Positions 27,472 to 39,743 of a stretch of 64,000 nucleotides of DNA are shown in pieces. The position numbers and the translations under genes are program-made. The notes beneath the pieces were generated by a model. It was not told the origin of the DNA and did not search any database. It saw only the letters and a program-made list of their open reading frames with translations. The stretch spans positions 1,364,001-1,428,000 of the forward strand of contig JADEYG010000009.1 in assembly GCA_016906335.1 (NCBI GenBank), written 5' to 3'. The stretch comes from Novakomyces olei (taxonomy: Eukaryota). Each line of letters starts with the position of its first letter. The first letter of the stretch is position 1.

Positions 27472-28971
27472 TTAAAATTCAGGAAAGAGCTGACCATATG
27501 GATCGGCACCTTGTGATCCATATTCATAGTTTTCCTCCGGATACCGATCGTAGAGACTTGCGTCACCACCACCAGCTCGGACGGGCGGAATATAAGGCGC
27601 TTCGATTTCGCGTCTTAGCAACCGCTCCCAGTTGACCTCTTCAAACCACGGATGAAGCATAATGTCCTTGCTGCCATTTGCCAGATTTCCATAACGTTTA
27701 CTCAGATCAGCAACCAATAATTTCTCCAGCAAATCACGTGCCATAGGATCAAAATAAGAAGGATACCGAACTTTACCTTCCAAGATATTTTCGTACAGCT
27801 TCATGGGATTGTCTGCATAAAAAGGCGGATAACCGGCAAGCATTTCAAACGTCAAGATACCCAGTGACCACCAATCGATGCTTTTATTATAGCCCTTGGA
27901 GGATACTACTTCCGGCGCCAAATAGTCTGGTGTTCCACACAGAGTCCACGTGATATCCGGAACCTCTTTAGCAAAGCCGAAATCCGTAATCTTTAGGTGC
28001 CCGTGCCGGTCGAGCAAAAGGTTTTCCGGCTTCAAATCTCGATAGATGATATTGTTAGCGTGCAAGTAGTCGAGGGATAGAGTGACCTCAGCAGCGTAAA
28101 ACTTGGCTACCGGGTTAGGGAAGCGTTGAGATTTGCGTAACAAAGAAAATAACTCCCCACCCTCCACAAAATCCATGACCATAAACAAATTCCTGCTATC
28201 GCAAAAAGTGCCCCATAGAGTAACGAGAAAGGGATGCTTTACTTTGGATAACATGGCACGCTCATCGTTCGTGTGCTCTACCTGCTTCATTTTTATTATT
28301 TGCTGCTTTTTCAACACTTTTATCGCATAAAATCGTTGATTATGCCGAGACTGTACCAAATGAACCCGGCCAAAGGATCCAGTGCCGAGCGTTCGTAGCA
28401 TAACAAAGTCTGGCAGCACATACTTTTGCTTGGTTACGCGTTCTAACGAAGGCTTCGACCGTTGCAACGCGTAAGCAGCGTGAACCGAAGCCTCATTCGG
28501 ATGCCTGCTAGCCTGAATTGCAGTAAAGGCACTAGGCCCCGTTAAAGTAGCAAGCGGATCCAGACTTTCTTGGCCATCTGTCGCAGCTGACGTGGGCAGG
28601 TATAGCGGTTCTCCCGGGATACTGATCGAATCCTGCTGTTGCTGCTGTTTTGCCAACAAATTTTCATCATACCCGAACGCATTAGTGTCCACTGGCGGCG
28701 CGTAATACGAAGCTGCTGATGTATTTATATACAGGTTTGAATCTTCAGGAAACGCGTTTCCAGCTTGGATTGAAGAGGCAGAAAAGTCATTTTCGTCTTG
28801 ACACATACTGCTGTCCAGACCATTATTGCCCGTTGGTACAATTGGCGATTGCTGATGCTGCTGAGGTGCAGTCTGCCGCGATTGCGGTGCCTGAGCGGCT
28901 ATTGGCTGCTGCTGGTTCTTTCTCGCAATTGCGGCTGCGCCTTTGTTTTTAAAGAGGCCAAAAGCGGGCAT
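27472..28971 (-). CDS. pka1: cAMP-dependent protein kinase catalytic subunit
   Basis: [56 protein letters not shown]-terminal FPEF. Confidence 0.97.
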   Translation of the reverse strand: MPAFGLFKNKGAAAIARKNQQQPIAAQAPQSRQTAPQQHQQSPIVPTGNNGLDSSMCQDENDFSASSIQAGNAFPEDSNLYINTSAASYYAPPVDTNAFGYDENLLAKQQQQQDSISIPGEPLYLPTSAATDGQESLDPLATLTGPSAFTAIQASRHPNEASVHAAYALQRSKPSLERVTKQKYVLPDFVMLRTLGTGSFGRVHLVQSRHNQRFYAIKVLKKQQIIKMKQVEHTNDERAMLSKVKHPFLVTLWGTFCDSRNLFMVMDFVEGGELFSLLRKSQRFPNPVAKFYAAEVTLSLDYLHANNIIYRDLKPENLLLDRHGHLKITDFGFAKEVPDITWTLCGTPDYLAPEVVSSKGYNKSIDWWSLGILTFEMLAGYPPFYADNPMKLYENILEGKVRYPSYFDPMARDLLEKLLVADLSKRYGNLANGSKDIMLHPWFEEVNWERLLRREIEAPYIPPVRAGGGDASLYDRYPEENYEYGSQGADPYGQLFPEF

Positions 28972-29458
28972 GGCGGGTAATGTGAGCAGCCTCGAATCGT
29001 GGTGCCTGTTACGGCTGCCTCCGCCAAGGCGCTACCGGCCTGCGTCTGATTTAACGTGAGCGTTTTGGCTTGTGTTTATTTTGATCGGGTAAATGTGTAT
29101 TTAGAAGGGTGGTAGATTCTGGCTGAGAGAGGATAGTAGCGAACATTATTATATGATCATCCTATACCGAATACTATTATGGCGAGTATTATAATTAAAA
29201 TGCTCGAAATGTGAAGTGTGATTATATACTAATCTTCAATTATACGTTATTTGCGGAGGGAATAGCCGTGACGATGACAAATCACGCAAGCAATGGACGC
29301 AGCCGTTCATGATTAAAAGCAAAAATGGTATAGAATCCAAATTACTCTTGGCATTGTCTCTGGCATTGTCTCCAATGTCAATGCAAAATCTGCTAGACCA
29401 GCTGTTTTCGCATCTCCTGTCCAGCCAGCCTATAGTGTACAATTATAATTTATAGTAT

Positions 29459-29525
29459 ATTATTTATTATTTATTATTTATTATTTATTATTTATTATTT
29501 ATTATTTATTATTTATTATTTATTA
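29459..29525. repeat. (TTTATTA)n array in the divergent PKA/APC1 spacer
   Basis: Directly visible. Confidence 0.92.
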
Positions 29526-29994
29526 TATTCAATTTTATACAATTTACTCGTCTTACGCGTTTTATTCTTGGATTTTTATTTTGTCTGCTATACAGCGTAT
29601 GAACAAGCGGTAGACCATTGAAGTGCGGCCTTATTCATGATAAGGTACTGTCCAAGCGACTGAGACAACAAAAGGGAGACGAAAAGACTGGCTAATGCCT
29701 GCGTGGAAAATTTTCTAGAAACTTTTCGGGATCGTTTTAGTCTTCATTGCTCTGGTTGGCAGTCTGTCAATCTACTCACTTGTGCACTTTGCCTGCCTTT
29801 CTCGCAAGAGTTTATTGATTGATTGATTTATTTATTTATTTATTTTGCTGTTTGGTTTTCGAGTCAAATTTGCTCTTTTTCCTGCCGACTGTCACCGGCC
29901 TTCAACAGCTTATCAACACGTTTTATCTTTATCTTTGGATCTCAGTCTTTTCAGCCTTCCAGAGTAGCCTGGCTGTGAAGGAGAAATGAACTGA

Positions 29995-32900
29995 ATGGCA
30001 CTTGATTTGCAGCCGTGCCTGCTACCAACCAACCCGCTGCGCGAGGGCAGTGTGACGGCGGAAGAGCATTGTGTAATTGATGGCCGGCGTGTACATTACT
30101 TTTGCGCGGGCAAAAGAATCCGAACTCTACAGTTTGAGCATGATCATGATGATCCTGCTCTTTTCGCCGTGATTAGCACGTTTGAACAAGAGCCCAATGG
30201 ACCAAAGCGCGCTATAGTCGTAGCGTTTGAACGTATTTGCCATGTTGTTTTCTTGAATGGCCCCAGTTTCCTTGTCGCTTTGCCTCAAAGGCCACATGCG
30301 CTTTTCGCAACAGCCAATGGAGTCATTTTCGATACACAAAGGCTGCAGAACCGATTTCTCGTGCTGACAGACCCGTTGCGTAAAATGGGATTCCTTCAGT
30401 TTGAGCGGAAAGATGCAAAGACTGTACAGAAAACTGATCAGCTTGTGTATGTCGGGATCCTCTGTGATCAATGGGTCTGCATTACGAAATGCGAAGCCGA
30501 CAACTCTGTAGCGCTGTGGACGCTTACATATGCTACCAACTTGGATGACTGGCTCATAACTGCGGAAGAGGATTTGCTACTTGGCTCAGAGGCAGAAGGG
30601 GTAGCTCAGCAGCCTGGATTACTGGACAGCACAATACTAGAAGCGGGAGAAAGCGAGATTGAGGAAAAAGAGTCAAAGGCTTCTTCCAAAAGCAAAGGCC
30701 GGAAAGCCAAGAAAGAAAAAGATAAGAAGGAGGATCATAGTATTAAACAACGCGATGAATATATTCATAAGCGTGAATCTTTAGTGCCTGAAAGCAGACG
30801 ACGCTCATCGGCTCACAGTCGGAGCGCCTCCGCCTCGGCTGCGACTATGACAGTCCCCGAAATTGACCGGAGAATGAGCACGCTTTCAGCGACAGGAGCA
30901 GGAATAGAGGGCATTGGAGCAGAGCCAGGCGGATCAGCTTTCACTAATGTATGGATGGAAGGCAGTACAGGGCCTGAAGACCAAGAGTATAGCCCTGACG
31001 CTAAATGCGTATTATTAGAACAGTTTTTCCTGTCGAGTGTGCACGAGCTGGAAACGTTTATTGTGCGGGACACTTCAGTACAGGTTGTCTGCCTTCTCAG
31101 TCCGAGTTCTGAGCAGCTGACACTGCTCAGTTTCCAAAGGCTGCCGTGTCTGCATCTCTCTGATGCCTCTGTAGTGGCTGCAAAGGCAGCTTGTGCTCTA
31201 AGTATGGGGGGACCACAGAGCACTAGAGTCTGTATCCTTTTGCCCAGTGGCAAGGTCACTCTAGAACAACCTATGGCTCCTCGTTTTGCTCTGGAAGGCA
31301 GCCACTTTACAGGCATTAAAAAATTGGCACAGACCCTTTTGTGCTTGGATACGGCCGACAATGGTTCGGTTTACATGTGCACTGAATCGCTGACACATAC
31401 TTGCCGGCTAGTACAACACTGCTTTTATGCATTAAGAGCTGTCTTGTCGGAACGCTCTTACCAGCTTATTGTTACCTGCTACCACTACAAAGTACTGTAC
31501 TATGCTGCCTCGCTAGGACAGGAATCGTCATCAAAACGTGTCCCAGATTCGGTGCAGTTTGAACTTTTTTGCATAGCAATATTTGCTGCCGTTTTGTCAC
31601 AGGGCAATAACGCCGTACCAGCTGCGCCGGATGGGTTCTTGCCTCCCAGCTCTCCACAGTTTCTTTTGCCCATAATATTTGCAGCGCATGAACTGTGTGA
31701 GCACATGGACTTTGACTCTATTGCGCCTGAACTGCCTCTACTGCTTCTGGCTCTGCATGTGGCCTCGGAAGACTTGAAACTGGACGCCGCTGAGCGGCAA
31801 TTGAACAACTGGCTGGTTCCAGTACTGGCTCAATTGGCTATTTGGCTTCGATGGCCGGGGTTTCTGGCCCTATACCGCCTGCATAATGCGGATATGGGCA
31901 ATATAATACTCGACAGTGACCATATAGCCGGACTGCAGTTTCCGGCTCCGCCCTGGATGCCTCCGTCTATCATGGATTGGCTGGCTGGGCAAATGGGACT
32001 GGACGCTCATTCGTTTTTCCCACAATTAAGCAATTTATACCGCGAGCAGCCGTACCTCGTTCAACGCGAGCCTTCCATTGGCGATACTTCTGAGCCAGAC
32101 TTTACCCACAAAGAGTTTGACGGCAATAATAATGCCAACAAAGATTACTACAGCAATGCCGATGGCAAACCAGAAATGGGCAGGATCGGCACACTGACGC
32201 GTGCTTACCGGCTCATACTTTCACAACGGGATTTGCACTTTATTGTGTCCCAACTGGCTCGCTTGCCTGGGTTCCAGCACCTTCTTTCCAGTCTGCCACC
32301 AGGCATAGATGCTCCACTACGCCAAGTCCTGGCCTGGGCAAAAGACACAGCTGAGAGCAGTTGGGCCAGAGCAGAACTCGACCTTGTTGGCCGGAGAGAT
32401 CTAGTGGCACTGTACGACAAGGCTCCAGTGCCTTTTGTTAAAGAGGCCAAGGAGTCTCGACGCCAGGTGGATATGGCTGATTTGATAAACAGCACTTGTG
32501 CTCTTGATCTTTCTTCTTCAACGACTAATACAAGCGATTGGACGGCAGCTTCAGTAACAAATGCTGTGACTGTTGCGTCTCAAAATCTCACTATGGCCGA
32601 TGAGTTTGATCGCGACATTTTCCGTCACGACCGTCGGCTGGACGAAGTGTTTAAATGCCTAGATTTCTCAATTCCCTGTACTGTTTGGCGTCAGTCGGAT
32701 AGAAGCGAAGAGTCTCTCCCAGAGCACGAGCAAGTAGCTCAGCAGAGAGGAGTAGCAATGAGGACAATGGAGCGGATAATGTCGAGCCCTGTTGGCTGGG
32801 CAGCTCTAAGGTACAGTACAAAACAGCCCTCTGTCCTTGAAAAAGTAAGGCCGTCCCGGCTTTGCTTTAGCGTCAGATTACTGCCTTGCGGAACCATGGT

Positions 32901-35319
32901 CACTGTTGAACGAGGACATTTAGATGCATCTGCACTCGCCTGGACAGAATTTCATGCGGGTGTAGCGGCCGGACTGCAGATTGATCCGTCCTCACACGAC
33001 GTTACGGCCTCGTGGATCGTGTACAACAACATAACCAAATTAAATGATAACCCTAACCCTAACGGTAATAACAAGGAGGAGTCAGCCGCTCGACACGCTG
33101 GGCTATTGTTAGGGTTAGGGTTAAATGGCCATCTCAAAGTAATGGCAACCTGGACAGCGTTCAATTACCTTGTCAGCAAGCATGCGCTCGTATCTGTCGG
33201 GGTCTTGCTGGGAATGGCCGCCTCATTTAGAGGCACAATGGACGGCATGGTGACCCGCCTGCTCTCGGTGCATGTTTTGGCTCTTTTGCCGCCAGGATCA
33301 ACTGACCTGAATTTGTTGCCGAGCACACAGAGCGCTGGCCTTGTTGGCATCGGGCTGCTATACATGGGATCAGCACAGAGGCGTATGAGTGAAGTCAGTC
33401 TGGCCGAAATCTTTACCGGCGGTCTCCAGCGAGTGCCTGATTTTGTATTACGAAACATGTACCAGTTATCGGCTGCTTTTGCTCTGGGTCTAGTCAACCT
33501 GGGCAAAGGTGAGAGCAAAGGCCTTGGCGATCTCGAGATCAGCCGCCGGCTGCTTTCTGTAGTCGAAGGCAGTAACGATTATAATACCAATTATAATTAT
33601 AATAGCAATTTTAACAATAACAATTATACGTCTGTCGAAGCGTGCCTAGCGGCCCTGGGTTTAATGTACTTGCAGACAAACAATCGTGCTATCTCTGACC
33701 GACTGGCTTTTGCTGGAAGCAACGAGTTTAGCGCTGACTATTACCCACCGACAGTTGTTCTGCTAAGGCAAATTGTCCGGTCGATTATCGCCTGGGACGA
33801 TGTGCAGCCTACGGCCGAGTGGATCATGGCCCAGTGTCCTCCTGCGCTACTGCCCGGATCAATGGACGATCTACAGAGCAAGAAACCCAGAGTCAAGGAC
33901 CTGATGGTGTACAATATAATCGCTGGCGCCTGTTTTGCCATCGGTCTGCGTATGGCCGGGACGGGGGATGAGGCCGCCAAGGCCGTTCTGCTCTATTTCC
34001 TGTCTATATTTGCCTCTCACTGTGACTTAATAGGAGCCCAAGACGAGCGGAAAAAGAGCAGTAGGCCAAAGCTGCCTCTTCAGCATGAGGATCTGGTATG
34101 CCATCGGTCGTTGCTGAGAGCGTGCGATATGATTGCTCTGTCTGCCTCTTGTGTTATGGCGGGCACTGGTGACCTGCAAGTTCTACGCTGGCTCCGTCTG
34201 TTTCTGCTCAATAGCTCTCCGCCTGCTTTTGCTGAGCAACAGAACTTGCATCCAAGCTCTTGCGTTAATTATGGAGATTATATGGCTCACAGTCTGGCTA
34301 TGGGGCTGCTTTTTGTTGGAGGAGGCAAGTTTTCATTGTCTCGATCTCCTGAAGCAATTGGTGCTCTTTTTATTGCCCTCTTTCCAATGTTTCCGTCTTG
34401 TGCCGGGCAGAACCGGTTCTATTTAGAGCCTTTAAGGCACTTGTGGTGCTTGGCTATCGAGCCCCGTGTACTTGTAGCCCGCAGTTTAAAGGCTCCCCAG
34501 AGTGTATGTATCGGGCTCCCTGTTGAACTTGTGCGCAAAAAGCGTGCGGGCGAGGGAGAAGGAGAGCGGCATAAGCGAGCAGAGAAAGAGCAGGAGAGAG
34601 ACACAGGGGATAGCATTCAGAGCGATGAGCAATATAGAGCAGCAAGGTTGAATAGAAAGGGAAAACAGACGACGGCAAGAGGGAAAATTAATAAGAGAGG
34701 TGAGCCGGTCGGAAAGGAAACCCGAAAGGGAGACTTGACGAGAGCAGGTTTAAACAGAATGGGAGACATTAGCAAAATTGCACAAAACAACAACCGTACT
34801 GCAACTCAAAATAATTTTGAAATAAGCCCTAACCCTAACCCTAACCCTAACCCCGATTCAATTCAATCTCAAGAGGAGATTGTTCGACTCGACTCTCCGT
34901 GCTGGCATCCGCCATTGGACGAATTTTCTACAATACGTTTTATTGGAGACCAGTTTTGGCCTCTGGAAATTGCTACTAGCAGCTATGCCCAACTACCGGG
35001 CCTCGGGTCGATGCGAGGCGTTGCTTGTATCGAGCGGCAAAGCGGTCAATCCGTAGACTGGCTGGCTACTGCAGCAGGAGTCGACCGGACAAGAAGTGCG
35101 GCAGAACAAAAGGAGGCAGAGGCTATTCGCAAAGCATTACTGGAGGCTGTGAATGATGCGACAGAGAGGGATAACTTGGTTATCGTTAAACTTGTTCTTG
35201 GGTTTTATGATAATTTGAGCAAGTTTTTCCCGGGTCACAATCAGCAGGATTTGCTGTTGGCCCCTGAATTTATAGATTCTCTCAAATTGTCCATCTGGCG
35301 GAGGAAATATCAATTTTAA
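29995..35319 (+). CDS. APC1: Anaphase-promoting complex subunit 1 (Apc1/Cut4/BimE)
   Basis: 1774 aa. IFRHDRRLDEV, WTEFHAGVAAGL, HAGLLLGLGLNGHL, PC repeats, YGDYMAHSLAMGLLFVGGG, NRFYLEPLRHLWCLA.EPR. Confidence 0.95.
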   Translation: MALDLQPCLLPTNPLREGSVTAEEHCVIDGRRVHYFCAGKRIRTLQFEHDHDDPALFAVISTFEQEPNGPKRAIVVAFERICHVVFLNGPSFLVALPQRPHALFATANGVIFDTQRLQNRFLVLTDPLRKMGFLQFERKDAKTVQKTDQLVYVGILCDQWVCITKCEADNSVALWTLTYATNLDDWLITAEEDLLLGSEAEGVAQQPGLLDSTILEAGESEIEEKESKASSKSKGRKAKKEKDKKEDHSIKQRDEYIHKRESLVPESRRRSSAHSRSASASAATMTVPEIDRRMSTLSATGAGIEGIGAEPGGSAFTNVWMEGSTGPEDQEYSPDAKCVLLEQFFLSSVHELETFIVRDTSVQVVCLLSPSSEQLTLLSFQRLPCLHLSDASVVAAKAACALSMGGPQSTRVCILLPSGKVTLEQPMAPRFALEGSHFTGIKKLAQTLLCLDTADNGSVYMCTESLTHTCRLVQHCFYALRAVLSERSYQLIVTCYHYKVLYYAASLGQESSSKRVPDSVQFELFCIAIFAAVLSQGNNAVPAAPDGFLPPSSPQFLLPIIFAAHELCEHMDFDSIAPELPLLLLALHVASEDLKLDAAERQLNNWLVPVLAQLAIWLRWPGFLALYRLHNADMGNIILDSDHIAGLQFPAPPWMPPSIMDWLAGQMGLDAHSFFPQLSNLYREQPYLVQREPSIGDTSEPDFTHKEFDGNNNANKDYYSNADGKPEMGRIGTLTRAYRLILSQRDLHFIVSQLARLPGFQHLLSSLPPGIDAPLRQVLAWAKDTAESSWARAELDLVGRRDLVALYDKAPVPFVKEAKESRRQVDMADLINSTCALDLSSSTTNTSDWTAASVTNAVTVASQNLTMADEFDRDIFRHDRRLDEVFKCLDFSIPCTVWRQSDRSEESLPEHEQVAQQRGVAMRTMERIMSSPVGWAALRYSTKQPSVLEKVRPSRLCFSVRLLPCGTMVTVERGHLDASALAWTEFHAGVAAGLQIDPSSHDVTASWIVYNNITKLNDNPNPNGNNKEESAARHAGLLLGLGLNGHLKVMATWTAFNYLVSKHALVSVGVLLGMAASFRGTMDGMVTRLLSVHVLALLPPGSTDLNLLPSTQSAGLVGIGLLYMGSAQRRMSEVSLAEIFTGGLQRVPDFVLRNMYQLSAAFALGLVNLGKGESKGLGDLEISRRLLSVVEGSNDYNTNYNYNSNFNNNNYTSVEACLAALGLMYLQTNNRAISDRLAFAGSNEFSADYYPPTVVLLRQIVRSIIAWDDVQPTAEWIMAQCPPALLPGSMDDLQSKKPRVKDLMVYNIIAGACFAIGLRMAGTGDEAAKAVLLYFLSIFASHCDLIGAQDERKKSSRPKLPLQHEDLVCHRSLLRACDMIALSASCVMAGTGDLQVLRWLRLFLLNSSPPAFAEQQNLHPSSCVNYGDYMAHSLAMGLLFVGGGKFSLSRSPEAIGALFIALFPMFPSCAGQNRFYLEPLRHLWCLAIEPRVLVARSLKAPQSVCIGLPVELVRKKRAGEGEGERHKRAEKEQERDTGDSIQSDEQYRAARLNRKGKQTTARGKINKRGEPVGKETRKGDLTRAGLNRMGDISKIAQNNNRTATQNNFEISPNPNPNPNPDSIQSQEEIVRLDSPCWHPPLDEFSTIRFIGDQFWPLEIATSSYAQLPGLGSMRGVACIERQSGQSVDWLATAAGVDRTRSAAEQKEAEAIRKALLEAVNDATERDNLVIVKLVLGFYDNLSKFFPGHNQQDLLLAPEFIDSLKLSIWRRKYQF

Positions 35320-35451
35320 TGAGGAAAAGTGTTTTTAGAATCGTTGTATATAGACATAAAAAAACAAACAAAAAACTAGAGTGTTCATACTTTGGAAATC
35401 GAAGTTCATGATTTATAGTTACAGTTGCCGCCTTGTTCTATACGCATTCCA

Positions 35452-36701
35452 CTATTTTTTACCAAGACCAGCCGCGTGGTTAGTAGCAGCTTCAATCGTC
35501 CGGGCCAGTGTGCTCCGTACCTTTCCGTCCTCCATTACAAGGATACCGCTAATCGTACACCCACCAGGAGTCGAAACAGCACTGCGGATCTGGTAAGGAT
35601 CGTCACCGTCGAGGACCATGCGGGCTGCTCCTTGCATCGCTAAACAGTTAGAATGAGGAGAGAAGATTGTGATGAATTCCAGACTGGAGACTGAACAGGT
35701 AGACTAGTTTCAGACTGCGAATAAAACCCGAATAATTGAGTTAAAACATAGACGGTGCTAATAATGCAAAGCTGAAATAAAACAGAATTGTAGTGGGAAA
35801 CAACTTGGTAATACTGAAAGCTTCCATACTTTGAGCGACCAGAGTCTGAGCTTCAATGCGAGGCAACCCCATCATGACTCCACCATCGGTCATTGCCTCC
35901 ATCAATACTGCAGCAAACGCTGGGCCGGAGCCACAGAGAGCGGTAGCGGCATTGAAATGCTTCTCGTCCAGAAGCATAGAGCGGCCGATTTGGTCAAACA
36001 TCCATCGAACGACTGCAACTTGTTCCGGTGCAACAGTATCGTCCGCGCAAATTACAGACATGCCTTGTCGTATCTGCTTGTCAGCAACCAAACAGGAATC
36101 ACGCATTTAATGAATGGCAAAGGGCACAGAAATGTAGAATGCAAAGAGCAAATAAACAGGACCAAATAAACAGGACCAAATAAACAGGACCAAATAAACA
36201 AGAATAGTATGGAAAAGAACGAAATTGAAACCAAAACCAAATAAAAAAACGATAAGAAGAGCGTATAAATTCTTATACCCTGCACGGCGTATTCGGCATA
36301 ACGCGCAGCAGCCTCGTAGAGCGAGGAACCAAACTTCGGAGCTGTTCCAAAGTGACACCGGCGCAAACGCTGAACAGCACTTTATTCTCCAAAGCCTCTT
36401 GTACATCAGGAGCACTCAATATTGACTGCACCATGTAAGGCTTGCAACCGAGCATTATATAATCAGCGTCCTTCACGCCTCGCGCATTGCCGCCGGCAAA
36501 GACAGTGACACGGTCTCCGTACTGAGAGCGTACGCGCTGAGCGGATTCTTCACGATTCACACACGCGACAAAGCGCTCAGGAACTGGGATCTCGGGACTC
36601 TCTGCGCCGTCTGCTCCCAACGAATCGAGCACTCCAGACAAAATTGCTCTGCTCATTGTGCCACAGGCGAGCAGACACAAACAAGGTGCTTTGCTTGCCA
36701 T
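35452..36701 (-). CDS. PRO3: Pyrroline-5-carboxylate reductase
   Basis: Exons 36701-36279, 36073-35830, 35639-35452. LACGTM, LGCKP, SVCAGVT, RVMPNTP, ALCGSGPAF, VSTPGGCTI. Confidence 0.95.
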
Positions 36702-36804
36702 TGCGACTCGGTGATCGGTTGGAAAACTGAACGTTTCAGGCAAAGACAATTGCTCAACTGTGCGGCGATAATGCTTATCAATTTCTTTATATTTATATAT
36801 TTAA

Positions 36805-36880
36805 AATAAATAATAAATAATAAATAATAAATAATAAATAATAAATAATAAATAATAAATAATAAATAATAAATAAATAA
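36805..36880. repeat. (AAATAAT)n array upstream of PRO3
   Basis: Directly visible. Confidence 0.93.
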
Positions 36881-37228
36881 TTACTTTGTTTATCTACAGT
36901 ACAAATCACCGGTTTGCTTTATTATTATCCGTTCCTATAATATGTGGATAGTGGGTGGATAACTGTGATTAAATAAAAATGAATAGGTCCAAAAACTGGA
37001 TTAAAATAATTAATAGTATACGGCAGCCACAATCAACCACGAGAAGCATCGCAATTACCAGAAATTAATGCACGCTGTAAGCGCAGGACACCGTAATTTT
37101 ACAAGACACTCCCTACTTGACACCTGGGCTCTTGGACTACTGTGCTACCATATTCTTTTGCTTAAATATCATGTTTATTGTAAGCCCTGTGGAGAAAATC
37201 ACATTAAATACTTCAGTACTGGACCATG

Positions 37229-37857
37229 CTACTCGAGCGTAACTTTTGCACCAAGCCCCTCAAGAACCTTTTTGACATTCTCAGCGTCCTCCTTTGGCAC
37301 GTTATCTTTGAGCAGCTTGGGCGCTGCCTCCACCATCTTTTTCGCGTCTACCAGATTAAGTCCCAAGAGAGTCTTGACCTCTTTGATGACCTTTGCCTTT
37401 TGAGCAGCATCAAAGGCTTCCAATTTGACATTGAACGAATGCTTCTCCTCTACTTCTTCTTGTGCTTCTGCGGGCGCCGCTTGAGCCGCAGCAGCGCCGG
37501 CTGCTGGCGCTGCGGCTGCCGCCGGCATTGCGATCTCTGTGATATTAAGCCGAGTCTTTTATGTCAGCATTGACAGAATACAACGCAGTCAACTCCTACT
37601 TTAAGCTCAGACACAAGGCTCGCTGTCTCGAGCAGTGTGAGCTGTGAAATCGAATCGACAATTGAGCTGATTTTGGGATCGGTACTCGCTCCAGAATTGA
37701 AACGAATATTTCGCAAACTGTGCCGCGTTAGACGTCTCAGCCAATAGTCTGTACAGAGATTGCTGCCAGCATCAAAGCACGGCAAAGGCACTTACACTGG
37801 TCGGCTTGCTGCCAATGCGCAACGCCGTAAACCACAAACACCGTGTCTCGAGGCCAT
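37229..37857 (-). CDS. MNP1: Mitochondrial ribosomal protein bL12m
   Basis: Introns 37763-37795 (33 nt, tentative) and 37556-37599. IVDSISQLTLLETASLVSELK, A/P hinge, KAKVIKEVK..LNLVDAKKMVE..LGAKVTLE. Confidence 0.92.
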
Positions 37858-38140
37858 CGTGTACTCGGTATAAATTTTTGCTACTGATTTTAATAATTTA
37901 ATTAATTATTTAAAATAAAGAAAGGCAGACGTTTACACTGTATTATTATACAATTGGCGGGTTTCTTTTTCGATAGACTTTTAGAAATAGTGACCTTACA
38001 GTAATAGTGACTTTACAGTATAGTTAATGGAGTATATTCATAATAAGATATAGGTGCCGTATATAAAAAAATAAAGCAAAAGCAAGAGAATCAAAGCGCA
38101 GGCGGATTCGTCAATCAATCAGGTTTCCAGCGCAGTGACC

Positions 38141-38553
38141 ATGTCAAACCAGTACTGCCTGGAATGCAACAATATGCTGTATCCTAAAGAAGATGTGCAG
38201 CTGCGGCAGTTGCGTATGGCGTGTCGCAACTGCGATTACTCAGAAGTCGCACGAGACCCACGTGTATTCTACAACGAACTCCAGTCGCATTCGGGCGAAA
38301 CGGCCGGTGTGACTACCGACGTCGGTGCTGATCCTACTCTGCCGCGCAGCAACAAGGAGTGCCCAAGGTGCCACGCTCAAGAGGCAGTGTTTTTCCAGTC
38401 ACAAGCTCGGCGAGCCGAAACAAAGATGGTAATAGACTCATACACGACTATGTTTGCTTTGCCCTACTTGCTGCTAACGTTTCTCCCATTTAGACTCTGT
38501 TTTTCGTCTGTGTACACTGCGGAAAAATCTTTGAAGACGAGGCGGCAGATTAA
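38141..38553 (+). CDS. RPB9: RNA polymerase II subunit Rpb9
   Basis: CLECNNMLYPKED..ACRNC, DPTLPRS..CPRC..AVFFQSQ..M|TLFFVCVHC. Intron 38429-38493. Confidence 0.96.
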
Positions 38554-38987
38554 CTCTGTCGGGCGGATACCCTTTGTAAAAGTTGTCGGTTTTATGTTTT
38601 TTTATGTGTTTTTTATGTTTTTAATTGATTAATTAAACAAATAATTGATTGATTGATTAAATAATTTATTTTTTGGTTGGAAATATCGCAGAGCCTGATT
38701 CCGCAGGTCCTTTGCCGAGCTTGTGGATGGATCTCTTGAAAACAAACTTGGAATTATTAATAAAAGTACAAATGGCATGACTATACTGTCGCTTCTTGAA
38801 TATGCGCTTGCTTTGCGCTGTGGTGCTACGCTAGAGGATAAAACCTTTAACCCAAATGAACGCTAATAGGATACGGAGCTCAATATCGCAGTAGACAATT
38901 TTGTAAAGGTAGAAATAAATATTAATTCATATAAGCTTTCTAGAGTGTTGTTGCACGCTTCGCGTCGGGTCAGCCGAGCATTCGACA

Positions 38988-39495
38988 CTATACTACTTTC
39001 TCCGCGATGGCCAAGATCTTGTTGTGACCCCGCCGCCGTAGATCTAACGATACTGGGCCTTTAGATTAGCCACAATTGCCACAAACTCCAGCTTACCATT
39101 AATGCGGGTGCCAATAGGCTCCTTTTTATTGTTTACGAGAACACAAGCGCTGTCGTCAAACCTAATGTGCCGGCCGTCATTGCGTCGGTCGTTTGTTTTG
39201 GCTCGTACAACTATAGCGCGCCGAATATCGCCAGGTTTCACTTTTTCTTGGCCCCTCTGCATACCCAATATCCGTGCTCTTTGCACTACGACTGTCATCT
39301 CATCGCCTAACGCAAAACTTAGTCCCAAGCTGACAATATAAATGTGCCTTACCCACTCCGGCCCAGCGACCCGCCTTGATAACCTTGATGCATTCTACTA
39401 GCTGAGCACCCTGGCACAGTGATTAGATATACGACGCCGAAAATTAAGCTTACCGAGTTGTCGATGCAGCGCACGATGCTTTTTAATTGCAGCAT
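38988..39495 (-). CDS. MRPL38: Mitochondrial ribosomal protein uL14m
   Basis: Introns 39411-39453, 39307-39352, 39059-39096. MLQLKSIVRCIDNSGAQLVECI, GDE, RAIVVR, RFDDSACVLVN..PIGTRINGPV. Confidence 0.94.
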
Positions 39496-39670
39496 CGCTG
39501 TGAGACTGCTGAACTTGAATTTAGTCTCAAAGGCCGTCCGTTCCTTTGACTGAAATATTATTTATTACCTTTTTTTTTATCCAATATGATACACATACAA
39601 TAGCGTATGGCGCCTAGTGTAAATTATCTTTGTCAATTAATTGTCAATTATTTTAAATTATTATTGTAAA

Positions 39671-39743
39671 TTACTATTGCCAATTATTATTGCCAATTAT
39701 TATTGCCAATTATTATTGCCAATTATTATTGCCAACTATTATT
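39671..39743. repeat. 13-bp tandem repeat (ATTATTGCCAATT) containing CCAAT, in the MRPL38/SET9 divergent spacer
   Basis: Directly visible, ~5 copies. Confidence 0.9.

Noticed and set aside
35670-35696. GTGATGA..CTGA C/D-like boxes in a PRO3 intron
   Set aside because: Antisense to the host transcript and far too short for a C/D snoRNA.
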